IMG/VR virus record: IMGVR_UViG_3300030035_000081
Span: 1 to 64,000 of that record
Length of the DNA stretch: 64,000 nt
Source of the DNA: a virus
Lineage: Duplodnaviria > Heunggongvirae > Uroviricota > Caudoviricetes
Reading direction: 5' to 3' (one strand)
Every line of letters begins with the position of its first letter. The first letter of the stretch is position 1. Below the pieces are notes generated by a model, which worked only from the letters and a program-made list of their open reading frames with translations, made no database searches and was not told where the DNA came from. This document shows, in pieces, positions 29,145 to 38,375 of this stretch. The translations under genes and the position numbers were made by a program.

Positions 29145-30011
29145 AAATCAACATTATTTGCCAAAATACCGACTGAAAAAATTCGCTGGAAAAGACGGAA
29201 ATTTTTTTGTATATAACAAGGAAACTGGAAAAATTATACATGTAGGGGCAAATGTAAAAGGTATTGCAGCGGAAAACAATTTATATGAATATCCAGAGCT
29301 CAAAAAATGGAACGAATGCTATCGTGGGAAGATTGAAAAAGGACTCCTGAGCAATGATATTGAGAATTCTGATGCGAAAAAGTTGAACGAAATTCTTAAT
29401 GAAATTGATAAAACAACTTATTTGAATTCGGAAAATAGAATATCCGAAGAATCTGCGCATTGGCTTGGAGAGTATGCCTTGCGTATGCTGTTCAGGCTAC
29501 CATCGTATATAGACGAATAAAAAAACTGTTCGATACAGAAGAAGCATTTTGCAATTTCATGAAATTTATACAGACGGGGAACCATCCAAAGTTATCTGAT
29601 AATGAGTGGAACTACTATAAAGTAAAAATTGGATATTACAGTTCAGGAACCGTTATCTATAAAGCAAACAATAGCGCCATTTTACTTCCGGATATAGGGC
29701 TTGTGCTGGGTACAGGCTGTTTGAATAACACAGGCACAGAATATAGTTTATCAAATCATATGGTTATCACAATATTGTCGCCAAAAATTTACTGCGTTAC
29801 ATCATGCGGCAGCAACTCTTCGTTGCAAAAGGAGAATAGATTGATTCGCAATGCGAAAGAAAAGGATGTGATGCGTCTGAATGCCGCTTCTTATGCATCT
29901 GCCAAAAAGCATGTAATTTCTAAATATGAGTTGACGCAGAATATAATAAAAGCAATTATAAAAAGTGCTGACGATATTAACATTGTGGGCAGAGAAAGGA
30001 AATTGTTATGA
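29128..30011 (+). pseudogene. DUF4238-like gene apparently split by a frameshift (ORFs 29128..29520 and 29460..30011)
   Basis: N-terminal QHYLPKYRLKKFA matches the DUF4238 opening. Two overlapping frames sum to about 300 aa, the family size. Confidence 0.35.
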
Positions 30012-31144
30012 AAATCACAGAAACCAAAATCAAGGTATCCGACCTTGTAGAGAACTATTCGGATGACGGAGACAGTGGCGTATATGGGTACAACAATCGC
30101 CTCACGATTAGGCCAAGCTACCAAAGAAATTTTTGCTTCTCCGATAAACAGCGTGCAGCCGTCATTGATTCGGTAATGAACGGATTCCCGTTGAACCTCA
30201 TGTACTGGTCCAAGACCGGTCCAGATACCTACGAGGTTCTCGATGGACAACAGCGGACAATTTCCATTGCACAGTATGTCAACAAGGATTTCCCCGTCAA
30301 AATCAACGGCAACGACAAGTTCTTCCAGAACTTGACAGATGAGGAAAAACAGAAAATTCTGGACTACGAGTTGACCGTGAATATCTGTGAAGGCTCCGAA
30401 GCCGAGAAACTGGAATGGTTCAAGCGCATCAACATCGCCGGTGAGGTGTTGACTCCGCAGGAGCTGCTGAACGCTACTTATACAGGACCGTGGCTGGCCG
30501 ATGCCAAGAACTACTTCTCGAAACGCAACTGTGTTGCTGCGAAGATGGCTGACGGATACCTGAAAGGTAACCCGATTCGGCAGGAGTTGCTGGAAAAGGC
30601 ACTGGCGTGGATTGCTGACCGTGATGGTCTGGAATCCGGGCAGATGTACATGGCGATTCACCAGCATGACGAGGACGCCAATGACCTCTGGCTTTACTTC
30701 CAGTCTGTAATCAACTGGGCTAAAATGTTGTTCCCGACCAAGCGGAAGGGAATTACGGATACACAGGCATGGGGACTACTCTACAACAAGTACCATGCAA
30801 AGCAGTATAATAGCAACGCTCTGGACGCTGATATCAAGAAACTCGTGCTGGATGATGACGTGACCAAGAAGGCAGGCATTGTCCCGTTCATCCTCTCTGA
30901 CCGCACTTGGCGCGACGAAAAGCATCTGTCCCTTCGTGCATTTACTGAGTCGCAGAAACTCCGCGCCTATGAGCGGCAGGGTCACAAGTGCCCCTTGTGC
31001 GTTGCAAATGGCATCAACACCGAGTACGCCTTTGAGGATATGGAAGGCGACCACATCATTCCTTGGAGCAAGGGCGGACATACCACTGATGACAATCTGC
31101 AGATGCTGTGCAAGAAGTGTAATGCGGCGAAGTCGGATATGTAA
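30008..31144 (+). CDS. GmrSD-like type IV restriction endonuclease (DUF262 ParB-like NTPase domain plus HNH nuclease)
   Basis: DGQQR motif (EVLDGQQRTIS) at the N-terminus. C-terminal HNH (HKCPLC...GDHIIPWSKGG...NLQMLCKKCN). Confidence 0.85.
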   Translation: MKITETKIKVSDLVENYSDDGDSGVYGYNNRLTIRPSYQRNFCFSDKQRAAVIDSVMNGFPLNLMYWSKTGPDTYEVLDGQQRTISIAQYVNKDFPVKINGNDKFFQNLTDEEKQKILDYELTVNICEGSEAEKLEWFKRINIAGEVLTPQELLNATYTGPWLADAKNYFSKRNCVAAKMADGYLKGNPIRQELLEKALAWIADRDGLESGQMYMAIHQHDEDANDLWLYFQSVINWAKMLFPTKRKGITDTQAWGLLYNKYHAKQYNSNALDADIKKLVLDDDVTKKAGIVPFILSDRTWRDEKHLSLRAFTESQKLRAYERQGHKCPLCVANGINTEYAFEDMEGDHIIPWSKGGHTTDDNLQMLCKKCNAAKSDM

Positions 31145-31230
31145 TGGTGGGAGCATATCATGAAAAAATATCGCTATTTCATGTTCGGTATGTTCACCGG
31201 CACAGATGGGAATACAAATGTCGTATTTTT

Positions 31231-31635
31231 TCAAAAATCCAATTTATAATCCCCTGTAAGAATCCCATCAACCTCCATTGTTGCGTTCGGGTCTGCTCGA
31301 AACCCAGCTTTATGACAAAAGACTTCCATTTCACGAGTTAGTACAGATTGCATAACGATACGATGCACACCATAGTCTTCGCAAATTTCTTTCAACGCAT
31401 CGAGCAACAGAGACATTGTACCATGACGCTTTATAGAAAACCTAACACGTGAAATAACCAAAGCAAAATTACAAAGAAATGAAACCCTAAGTTCATTTTC
31501 ACCGTCATCAGAAGTAATCCAGACTGTGCGCATACTATTAGATACGTTGCAAATACAACCTTGCTTATCCTCGATGATATTCACAAGCCGTTGCGTTTGT
31601 TCCTTCGTAAGCTCAAGCATACCGGGCAATGCCAT
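31231..31635 (-). CDS. small GNAT-like acetyltransferase (tentative)
   Basis: 134 aa. C-terminal HRIVMQSV...KAGF resembles the GNAT fold. Confidence 0.4.
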   Translation of the reverse strand: MALPGMLELTKEQTQRLVNIIEDKQGCICNVSNSMRTVWITSDDGENELRVSFLCNFALVISRVRFSIKRHGTMSLLLDALKEICEDYGVHRIVMQSVLTREMEVFCHKAGFRADPNATMEVDGILTGDYKLDF

Positions 31636-31649
31636 AAAGATTCCTCCGA

Positions 31650-32190
31650 CAGTTATGTAGTATCATTTCATACATATATTATACATGCATTCTATACCGT
31701 TGGCCAAGCTGCTAGGTCGTTATTTTACAAAAAAATTCAAAAACAGGAGCCGTTCATACCACAGGAAAGCCTGCGGGTTTTCTAGCTCCCAATTATAACA
31801 TTGGTGCCCGGTATTTCATCCGCGAGGTAACAAAACCCATGTCAAAGAAGGCATGGTCTCAGTGTAAGGCTAAAGTTCCTGACATTGAGCGTAGAACCCA
31901 ATGCACATTGTACTCCCTTAAACAGTTGCATTCACTGTTGAGCCCCCCGTGGCGACTCAACAGCCCGGGCCCATCTGTTGGGATTACACTGTGTTGCGAG
32001 AACTTTGCGGGAGACTAACCCCTATGTGGCGACCAATGCCGTCAGGCATTGTTAGCTAAGTTCGGGTCGTATCTCTACCTTCGGGTTACGCAGAGACTTA
32101 CCGTGGGGTTACAACCCACGGAGAAGCCCCAACTATAGCCGAAAGGTTTAGGTGGGGAGGTCCACGATGAAGCATACAAAATCAGCGAGG
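31650..32190 (+). ncRNA. candidate large structured non-coding RNA (ORF-free 540 nt with many hairpins); strand unresolved
   Basis: No ORF of 60 aa or more on either strand. Hairpins such as CCGTGGGGTTACAACCCACGG, ATGCCGTCAGGCAT and GTTGAG...CTCAAC. Confidence 0.3.
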
Positions 32191-32199
32191 TAGAAGTTA

Positions 32200-32589
32200 A
32201 TGTTTAATACTAAGAAAACCGTCCGCCAGGACATTCACGAAAACGAAGCCGCTTACTCCGGAACCGTGACTACCGTCACCCACAAGACCATCGTGGTCTT
32301 CATCCCGGCGCTCGATGTCGAGGTGGATGTCCAGCGTAACCCCGATGCATCCGTTCAGAACGGTTCTGTCCCCAAAGTAGGGGATATCGCAACCGTGCAG
32401 ATTGTGCTCGAAGACGGCGACTATACCGCTACCGCTGCCACGTTCGTGCCACAGCAGGACATCAGGGAAGACATTCCCGTCACTGATGACGACTTCTTTG
32501 ATGACGATTTGGATGATGAAAAAGCAGAGGAGTATGACTGGTACAACGAGCCTCCTGCAGATGATTTTGGTAACTTAGATATTGACTGA
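32200..32589 (+). CDS. acidic hypothetical protein (129 aa)
   Basis: GAGGTAGAAG RBS. D/E-rich C-terminus. Confidence 0.55.
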   Translation: MFNTKKTVRQDIHENEAAYSGTVTTVTHKTIVVFIPALDVEVDVQRNPDASVQNGSVPKVGDIATVQIVLEDGDYTATAATFVPQQDIREDIPVTDDDFFDDDLDDEKAEEYDWYNEPPADDFGNLDID

Positions 32590-32595
32590 GTTATT

Positions 32596-32722
32596 GAAAT
32601 TTGCCTTGAGTTTTTCGCAAGGCGTGATATAATAGAACCATCACAAAAGGTTTTGAGCCTCCCATCGTAATCAGTAGTATGCTGACTGCGGTGGGAGGCT
32701 GTTTATTTTAAGGAGGATTCTG
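32596..32722 (+). promoter_or_regulatory. promoter-leader module A: extended -10 TGATATAAT followed by leader hairpin AGCCTCCCA...TGGGAGGCT plus U-tract, then RBS
   Basis: Seen in sequence. Near-duplicate at 33960..34100. Confidence 0.45.
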
Positions 32723-32723
32723 T

Positions 32724-33173
32724 ATGAAAAGCGAAAATGACGACAAGAAAATTGTGGCACAGCACATTTATACTTATTACCATAATAAGCGAAAAAAAGC
32801 TGTTATGAGAAATGAAAAAGTGACAGTGACTACTAAGGACGCTGAAGAATGGCTTTCCAAGATTGATGGCAAGGAATCTATTACAATATTGAAAAAGGCA
32901 CTAGAACTCGCAAATGGTCAAGATAGTGTTCCTATAGTGATTGATAACAACTCTGAATTGCGAATGCTTTTTATGACGGGAAATGGATACAAAGACCGAG
33001 AAAACAACGCAAACCAAAAAGAAGCGACAAGAAAAGCGCGCCTACGTTTCGAAGACTTGAAAAATCGTGGCTATTTTAATGGTAGTTGTAACAATTTTTG
33101 GGTAACACTATACGGCAAAGAATACGTCCTTTCCGCAACAAACAAGAGCACAGGGAACCTAGAAAATGGTTGA
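32724..33173 (+). CDS. hypothetical protein (149 aa)
   Basis: AAGGAGG RBS. Confidence 0.6.
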   Translation: MKSENDDKKIVAQHIYTYYHNKRKKAVMRNEKVTVTTKDAEEWLSKIDGKESITILKKALELANGQDSVPIVIDNNSELRMLFMTGNGYKDRENNANQKEATRKARLRFEDLKNRGYFNGSCNNFWVTLYGKEYVLSATNKSTGNLENG

Positions 33174-33350
33174 TATTGGAGACCAATAGTGAACCGGGCT
33201 TTGTTTGCGTACTAACACTTTAAATGGAATTGCTAAAATCATCACAGCATGGTATAATATACTCAATATAAAGACTATAACATCATTCCACACACCATCA
33301 AGCAGAATACCAATAACCAAAACCAATCACATAACGAAAGGAACCATACC

Positions 33351-33815
33351 ATGTCCACCCTCAAAAACGGCGAGTTCGGCATCGACTTGGACAAGGAGAA
33401 AATTCTCTGGACCGACCGAAAACGCCACACCATTTTTTCTCTGCCGCTATCCTTTACGAAGTACACCCTGACCGAGACCAAACTCATCATCCAGCGTGGC
33501 TGCTTCAATTTGCGCGAGGACGAGATTCAGCTGTACCGCGTCCGGGACATCGCATTCAAGCAGAACTTCTATGAGCGTCTGTGCCGTGTTGGCAGCATCC
33601 ATCTCTGCTCCACGGATGCTATGACACCGGAAATCGATATCCGTCGTATCAAGAACCCGCGCGATGTCAAGGAAGTGCTTTCTAAAACCATTGAGGCTTG
33701 CCGGAAAGCGAACGGTATCCGTACTTCGGAAATCATCGGGGACCATGGTCACTTCCAAGAGCCTGACCCGCATGGTATGCCGCCTGAACCATGCCACGAA
33801 CATCCTCATGACTAA
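33351..33815 (+). CDS. bacterial PH-like (bPH_2/DUF304, YdbT-like) domain protein with a His-rich tail
   Basis: Composition and length typical of bPH_2. C-terminal HGHFQEPDPHGMPPEPCHEHPHD. Confidence 0.5.
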   Translation: MSTLKNGEFGIDLDKEKILWTDRKRHTIFSLPLSFTKYTLTETKLIIQRGCFNLREDEIQLYRVRDIAFKQNFYERLCRVGSIHLCSTDAMTPEIDIRRIKNPRDVKEVLSKTIEACRKANGIRTSEIIGDHGHFQEPDPHGMPPEPCHEHPHD

Positions 33816-33959
33816 TACGAGCCCGTACAGATTCAGTTCTGTGCGGACTATTTTTTGTTTACAAAGAAATTTAAAGTCCGGTCTGGTCGGATTCATGAGG
33901 TATGACGGTTAACCGATTATGCGAACCTCATACAAGTCAACTACCCCACCTGAAGGAGG

Positions 33960-34100
33960 GGTGTACTAAGATTGGCCTTGAGTAATTCGAGTAATTCACG
34001 AAGCGTGGTATAATAAGACTATCACAAAAGGTTTAATCCTCCATCGTAATCAGTATCACACTGACTGCGGTGGGAAGCTTTTTGTTTCGCAGAAAGAGGG
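33960..34100 (+). promoter_or_regulatory. promoter-leader module B (duplicate of module A, more degenerate hairpin)
   Basis: Shared blocks GCCTTGAGT, GCGTGGTATAATA, ATCACAAAAGGTTT, CCATCGTAATCAGTA, CTGACTGCGGTGGGA. Confidence 0.45.
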
Positions 34101-34108
34101 CGATGGTT

Positions 34109-34918
34109 ATGATTGAATCAGAAAAACAGTTAATTCGTAAATTTCAAACAGAGCCAACAAAAGAAATTTGCTTATTATGTAATACAAAAGAAGAAGCGGA
34201 ACTGCGTTCCATCATTCAAAGCAAAAACTTCTGGAATGAATGGATAGATACCTCTGCACATAATGCACCACCACCGGATTTTTACTCGGATAAATATGGC
34301 CTTATGATGGATGTTATGAAGATAGAGGATAATACGAGGAAAGGGAAAAAAGGCAAATTATATAATCCAAAAGCAGAAAAAGAAAGTCAAGTGTATAGAA
34401 AATTCAAAAATGCTGGCGTCATTACAAGCGAAACACAAGATGTCGTAATAAACGCTGTTACGGACTTGCCTACAATGGAGGACCATCAATTCAAGTGGTA
34501 TTTTGATTCCTTTGAGCGAGTTGTTTCGAGTCACAATAACAAAATTCCACTTTACCAACAAAACCATGAAAACTTCAAAACTATATTTTTTGTTTATGAC
34601 GAATCCACTGCATATACGCAACTTTTCGCCGGTCAAACTTATATTATCCCTGAAAAAGGTCAAATCAATTATGTCTCTCCGTCACAGCTCCACTTCTATG
34701 CACATGATATAAAATTTCAAAGCATCATAAAAAATAGTGATGCAGATTACATGATTTGGTACGCACCATATAAATATTACGACAAATTGTCCGATGGCTT
34801 TAGAAGGTTGAAACAGCCTATTTATAGAGCTGCTATTATTGATGTAAAAGCGTTAAAAAGTGGGAAAAGCCATTCAAAAAACTACATTCATGGGCTGATG
34901 ATTAGTGCGGAAGAATAA
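34109..34918 (+). CDS. hypothetical protein (269 aa)
   Basis: AGAAAGAGGG RBS 8 nt before ATG 34109. Confidence 0.55.
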   Translation: MIESEKQLIRKFQTEPTKEICLLCNTKEEAELRSIIQSKNFWNEWIDTSAHNAPPPDFYSDKYGLMMDVMKIEDNTRKGKKGKLYNPKAEKESQVYRKFKNAGVITSETQDVVINAVTDLPTMEDHQFKWYFDSFERVVSSHNNKIPLYQQNHENFKTIFFVYDESTAYTQLFAGQTYIIPEKGQINYVSPSQLHFYAHDIKFQSIIKNSDADYMIWYAPYKYYDKLSDGFRRLKQPIYRAAIIDVKALKSGKSHSKNYIHGLMISAEE

Positions 34919-35060
34919 ATGCCACGTGGTTATTATGTAGCCAACAACCTCAAAAGGGAACGCTGCCTAATGGATGCTTATTCCAGAATGTCTGAAATTG
35001 ACTCATTATGCGATTTGCCTAGAATGATAAGAAACAAAAACAGAAAGCGAGACGTATATA

Positions 35061-35261
35061 ATGTTTGCCATGTGTCGAGATGGCTCAACCGTTCATGTCT
35101 TTGGAAACACCATAAGTGTCAGCGGCCGGGGCATGAGCGAAACCTATATTTTGTGCGGGAACATGCTCATGGGCCCACGCGGATTCAGGTCGATGAACTG
35201 CAGGAGCATTGATGAGGCGTTTTGCCTGGTGTGCGGTGTACACGGCGGCAAGAATTGGTGA
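35061..35261 (+). CDS. small paralog D of the 11667-12317 family
   Basis: GNMLMGPRGFRSMNCRSIDEAFCLVCGVHGG aligns with the family C-terminus. Confidence 0.45.
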   Translation: MFAMCRDGSTVHVFGNTISVSGRGMSETYILCGNMLMGPRGFRSMNCRSIDEAFCLVCGVHGGKNW

Positions 35262-35270
35262 AGCAAAATC

Positions 35271-35349
35271 CTTGATTTGTGTTGTTTTTGGGGTGTGTTA
35301 AGGTCTTGATTTGTGTAGGATTTCACCCTTTCATAGGTCTTGATTTGTG
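35271..35349 (+). repeat. three direct repeats TCTTGATTTGTG(T/C) with 33-bp periodicity (iteron-like)
   Basis: Copies at 35271, 35304 and 35337, read directly from sequence. Confidence 0.6.
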
Positions 35350-35403
35350 CAGAATCCCAAGGCAAATACAAGAAATCGCGAACCCAATATAAGAAATTTT
35401 GTA

Positions 35404-35431
35404 TTGCTACAGCGTGCGAATTGCGTACAAT
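35404..35431 (+). promoter_or_regulatory. island promoter family member 9: -35 TTGCTA, spacer CAGCGTGCGAATTGCG, -10 TACAAT
   Basis: Seen in sequence. Confidence 0.6.
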
Positions 35432-35479
35432 TAAAAATGTTGAAAGACAAACCACAACACACAAAAAGGAGATTTTACC

Positions 35480-35800
35480 ATGAGCACTAGCATTCTGAAA
35501 CTTGAAGCCACTGTAATCCGTCCCAAAGATTTTGACGAACTCGACGGCCTCGCCGCTTCCATCAGCTTCCCTGTCGAATACGATGATGAAGCAATTGGTG
35601 AGGCCCTGGGCGACCAGGACCTGATGGCCTATGTCGTCGGAGAGCTGCACGACCTCGTTGTCCGTATGCGTCCCGAATGGCTGGATAACGAGGATACCAG
35701 CCTGACCATCAAGGCATTCCTGGACGACGCCGAGTGCCAGACGTTTAAGGGCCTTGTTGCAATGAAAGAAGACAGCTACACCTTCGACCTTGAAGGCTAA
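35480..35800 (+). CDS. acidic hypothetical protein (106 aa)
   Basis: AAAGGAGA RBS. Confidence 0.6.
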   Translation: MSTSILKLEATVIRPKDFDELDGLAASISFPVEYDDEAIGEALGDQDLMAYVVGELHDLVVRMRPEWLDNEDTSLTIKAFLDDAECQTFKGLVAMKEDSYTFDLEG

Positions 35801-35821
35801 ACACAACAGTGCAAAAGCAAA

Positions 35822-35858
35822 CCCTGCTCGCAGCAAAATGCGGGCAGGGCTTTTTTGT
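35822..35858 (+). terminator. intrinsic terminator
   Basis: CCCTGCTCGC...GCGGGCAGGG plus T-run. Confidence 0.65.
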
Positions 35859-35924
35859 TTGCGTAGCTGCATCCTTTTGTCCACAGAAACCGTAGGTGCC
35901 AGGATGCGTAGCTGCCGACACGGC

Positions 35925-35952
35925 TTGACCTGATGTGCGAGGCTCGTACAAT
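35925..35952 (+). promoter_or_regulatory. island promoter family member 10: -35 TTGACC, spacer TGATGTGCGAGGCTCG, -10 TACAAT
   Basis: Seen in sequence. Tandem with member 11. Confidence 0.5.
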
Positions 35953-36031
35953 CAGATTTGTACGACAGATATCAAACACAAAATAGGGTTTATATTGAGC
36001 TGCTCAGTGGCCTTATGGCTGTTGGGCTGCT

Positions 36032-36059
36032 TTTTCTTTTGTGCGAGTTGCGTACAATA
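36032..36059 (+). promoter_or_regulatory. island promoter family member 11: weak -35 TTTTTC, spacer TTTGTGCGAGTTGCG, -10 TACAAT
   Basis: Seen in sequence. Confidence 0.45.
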
Positions 36060-36082
36060 AAAATCAAGCGGAGGAAACGACC

Positions 36083-36490
36083 ATGAAAAAATTTATTGGG
36101 ACTGCTTTGGTGCTGTGCTGCCTGGCTCTACCTTTGGCTGGCTGTGAGGACGCAATCAGCACTGTGACGAGTACCACAATGTCTGAACTCGAAGATATCC
36201 CGAACCAGATATTGGCCACACCGGAAAGCGCTGAAACGGAACCGGAATACAATTACATCCATTTTCGTTACGACAACATCTGGACTGTATCTGCCCTCGT
36301 AAACTACGAAATCGTGGACAACGGCCAAAACATAAAATTTGAAATCAACGATAGTCGTTATCGAGACAAGGTTTTTTATACCAGCATGTCGAATGTAGAG
36401 CTCGTATACCGAGACAATAACGTTGATTATGGCACGGACTACACCATCTATCCAGGGAATGCTTCGAATTTTGGAAAGGGTGGTAAGTAA
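36083..36490 (+). CDS. lipoprotein (signal peptide with LAGC lipobox)
   Basis: GGAGGAAA RBS. MKKFIGTALVLCCLALPLAGCED. Confidence 0.65.
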   Translation: MKKFIGTALVLCCLALPLAGCEDAISTVTSTTMSELEDIPNQILATPESAETEPEYNYIHFRYDNIWTVSALVNYEIVDNGQNIKFEINDSRYRDKVFYTSMSNVELVYRDNNVDYGTDYTIYPGNASNFGKGGK

Positions 36491-36491
36491 G

Positions 36492-36968
36492 ATGGGCATT
36501 AAATTTATCGACGGCAATATTTTTTCACGACTTTCTGCGAGTAAGCCAACTTACATTTGCCAGCAAGTAAATTGCAAAGGCGTGATGGGAGCCGGACTCG
36601 CGATGCAAATTCGCAGCCAATGGCCGGTGGTATATCAGCGCTATCTGGAGTTTTGCTATGGAAACGACGGCAACAAGCTCGGTACTTACCAGGAGGTTCT
36701 GGTAGAGCCGAAGCTGTACATCGTGAACCTGTTCGGCCAAAATGGCTATGGCCGGGGCGAAAGACAAACAAATTACGCTGCACTAGCGACTGCACTGTTC
36801 TCATTTTTCCGAGACTGTGCTCAAAAGAATCAGAGCGCAATCGTCCGGCTGCCATATGGTTTAGGCTGCGGCCTTGCCGGAGGCGACTGGGACACGGTTC
36901 TGGACATCATCAGCGATGCAGCAAAAGCCTGGAATCTGAATGTTGAGATTTGGGAACTCCAGAAATAA
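36492..36968 (+). CDS. macro-domain protein (ADP-ribose binding/hydrolase fold)
   Basis: ICQQVNCKGVMGAGLAMQI matches the macro-domain glycine-rich ADP-ribose pocket. 158 aa. Confidence 0.7.
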   Translation: MGIKFIDGNIFSRLSASKPTYICQQVNCKGVMGAGLAMQIRSQWPVVYQRYLEFCYGNDGNKLGTYQEVLVEPKLYIVNLFGQNGYGRGERQTNYAALATALFSFFRDCAQKNQSAIVRLPYGLGCGLAGGDWDTVLDIISDAAKAWNLNVEIWELQK

Positions 36969-36975
36969 TAGCAAT

Positions 36976-37016
36976 AAGACCTTTACCGAAATTCGGTAAG
37001 GGTCTTTCTTTTTTTG
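36976..37016 (+). terminator. strong intrinsic terminator
   Basis: AAGACCTTTACCG...CGGTAAGGGTCTT plus T8. Confidence 0.75.
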
Positions 37017-37138
37017 TAGGGATGCAAATATGTACAGATTGCAAACAAATGGCACCTGCCGTTGCAGAAAAAGCACGATAGTGGGATAATATTAGTAAAG
37101 AAACAACAACATCATCAGTAAAGTGAGTAAAAAAGCCT

Positions 37139-38146
37139 ATGACAAACGCAGAACTAAAAGCAATCGTCCAGCGTGAGGAATACGATTTCCTGCGCACCAA
37201 CAAACACTTGGGGAGCAACATTTTATTCCTAACGCTTAGCGGCAGTCATGCCTACGGAACCAACGTCGAAGGCTCCGATATCGATATACGTGGCGTGGCA
37301 GGCTCACCCGAAATCTTAGGGTTTAACCGCTTCGAGCAGGCCATTGACAACCGGACAGACACAGTCATCTACGCTGTGAACAAGTTTGTCGGCTTGCTTG
37401 CGCAGGGTAATCCCAACATTATCGAACTTCTTGGCAATGACCCGGAGCTATATGTGAACATGACGCCGGAAGGCCAAATGCTGCTTGACAATAGGGAACT
37501 GTTCTTGACTCGGCGCATTGCCTACAGCTATGGCGGCTTTGCAAACGACCAGCTCAGACGTTTGCAGATGGGACTCCTTCGTAATGGGGCCTCGCCGGAA
37601 GCATTCAAGAACAAATTCGAGAAGAGAAGCCTGGAACGGTCGATTACCGGATGGGGCAAGGATGACATTTTTGAAATCTCCATCAGTGAAGATGCGGATG
37701 AAGAAGGCAAACATCCGCTCCTGATTTCTGGCAGCTTGAACGATTATCCGGTCACCTCTCTAAAGTCGCTGCTAAAGAGTCTGACTACGACCATCGACCA
37801 GTATGAGCAGCCGCAGCATCCGAAAGCACAAAAAGATGCTGCCCACATCAACAAACACGCGATGCACATTGTGCGGTTGTACTACACAGCGTTCGATATT
37901 CTGGAAAAAGGCGAGATTATCACTCACCGAGACAAGGAACGCGAGGAACTGTTGGCGATTCGCAACGGCAAGTACCTGCGTGAAGACGGGTCGTACGCAC
38001 CCGAATTCTTTGAGTTTGTTGATGCGCTTGAAAAGAGATTTCAGGATGACGTGAGGAAAACCTCTCTTCCTGCTAAGCCTGACTTTGGAAAAATTGAGGA
38101 GCTTCTGGTGGAAATCAACAAGTCATATTTGCGGCGTATCGTGTGA
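37139..38146 (+). CDS. Pol-beta-superfamily nucleotidyltransferase (RlaP/PF10127-like)
   Basis: GS...SDIDI signature (LSGSHAYGTNVEGSDIDIRGV). 335 aa. Confidence 0.65.
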   Translation: MTNAELKAIVQREEYDFLRTNKHLGSNILFLTLSGSHAYGTNVEGSDIDIRGVAGSPEILGFNRFEQAIDNRTDTVIYAVNKFVGLLAQGNPNIIELLGNDPELYVNMTPEGQMLLDNRELFLTRRIAYSYGGFANDQLRRLQMGLLRNGASPEAFKNKFEKRSLERSITGWGKDDIFEISISEDADEEGKHPLLISGSLNDYPVTSLKSLLKSLTTTIDQYEQPQHPKAQKDAAHINKHAMHIVRLYYTAFDILEKGEIITHRDKEREELLAIRNGKYLREDGSYAPEFFEFVDALEKRFQDDVRKTSLPAKPDFGKIEELLVEINKSYLRRIV

Positions 38147-38262
38147 AGCGGAACACCAACGACAACAACCATTAAGGCTGTACAAGATTATGCGCTCATT
38201 CGCAAGTTGCGGGTTGGCGTTCTTTTTTGCCCAAAAAACAAAAATAAAACATAGCAAAAGCC

Positions 38263-38290
38263 TTGCACATCTGTGCGAATCAGATATAAT
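38263..38290 (+). promoter_or_regulatory. island promoter family member 12: -35 TTGCAC, spacer ATCTGTGCGAATCAGA, -10 TATAAT
   Basis: Seen in sequence. Confidence 0.6.
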
Positions 38291-38375
38291 AACCCTAATA
38301 AGATAAGAATTGTGCCCTGGCGGCTTCTGAATTGGATGCTGCCGGGGCATTTTGTTTGTTAAGGAGAATTTGGCT

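Noticed and set aside
34919-35212. 97-aa ORF overlapping small paralog D
   Set aside because: Arg/His/Cys-rich, with no RBS. The overlapping frame 35061..35261 matches the conserved paralog family.
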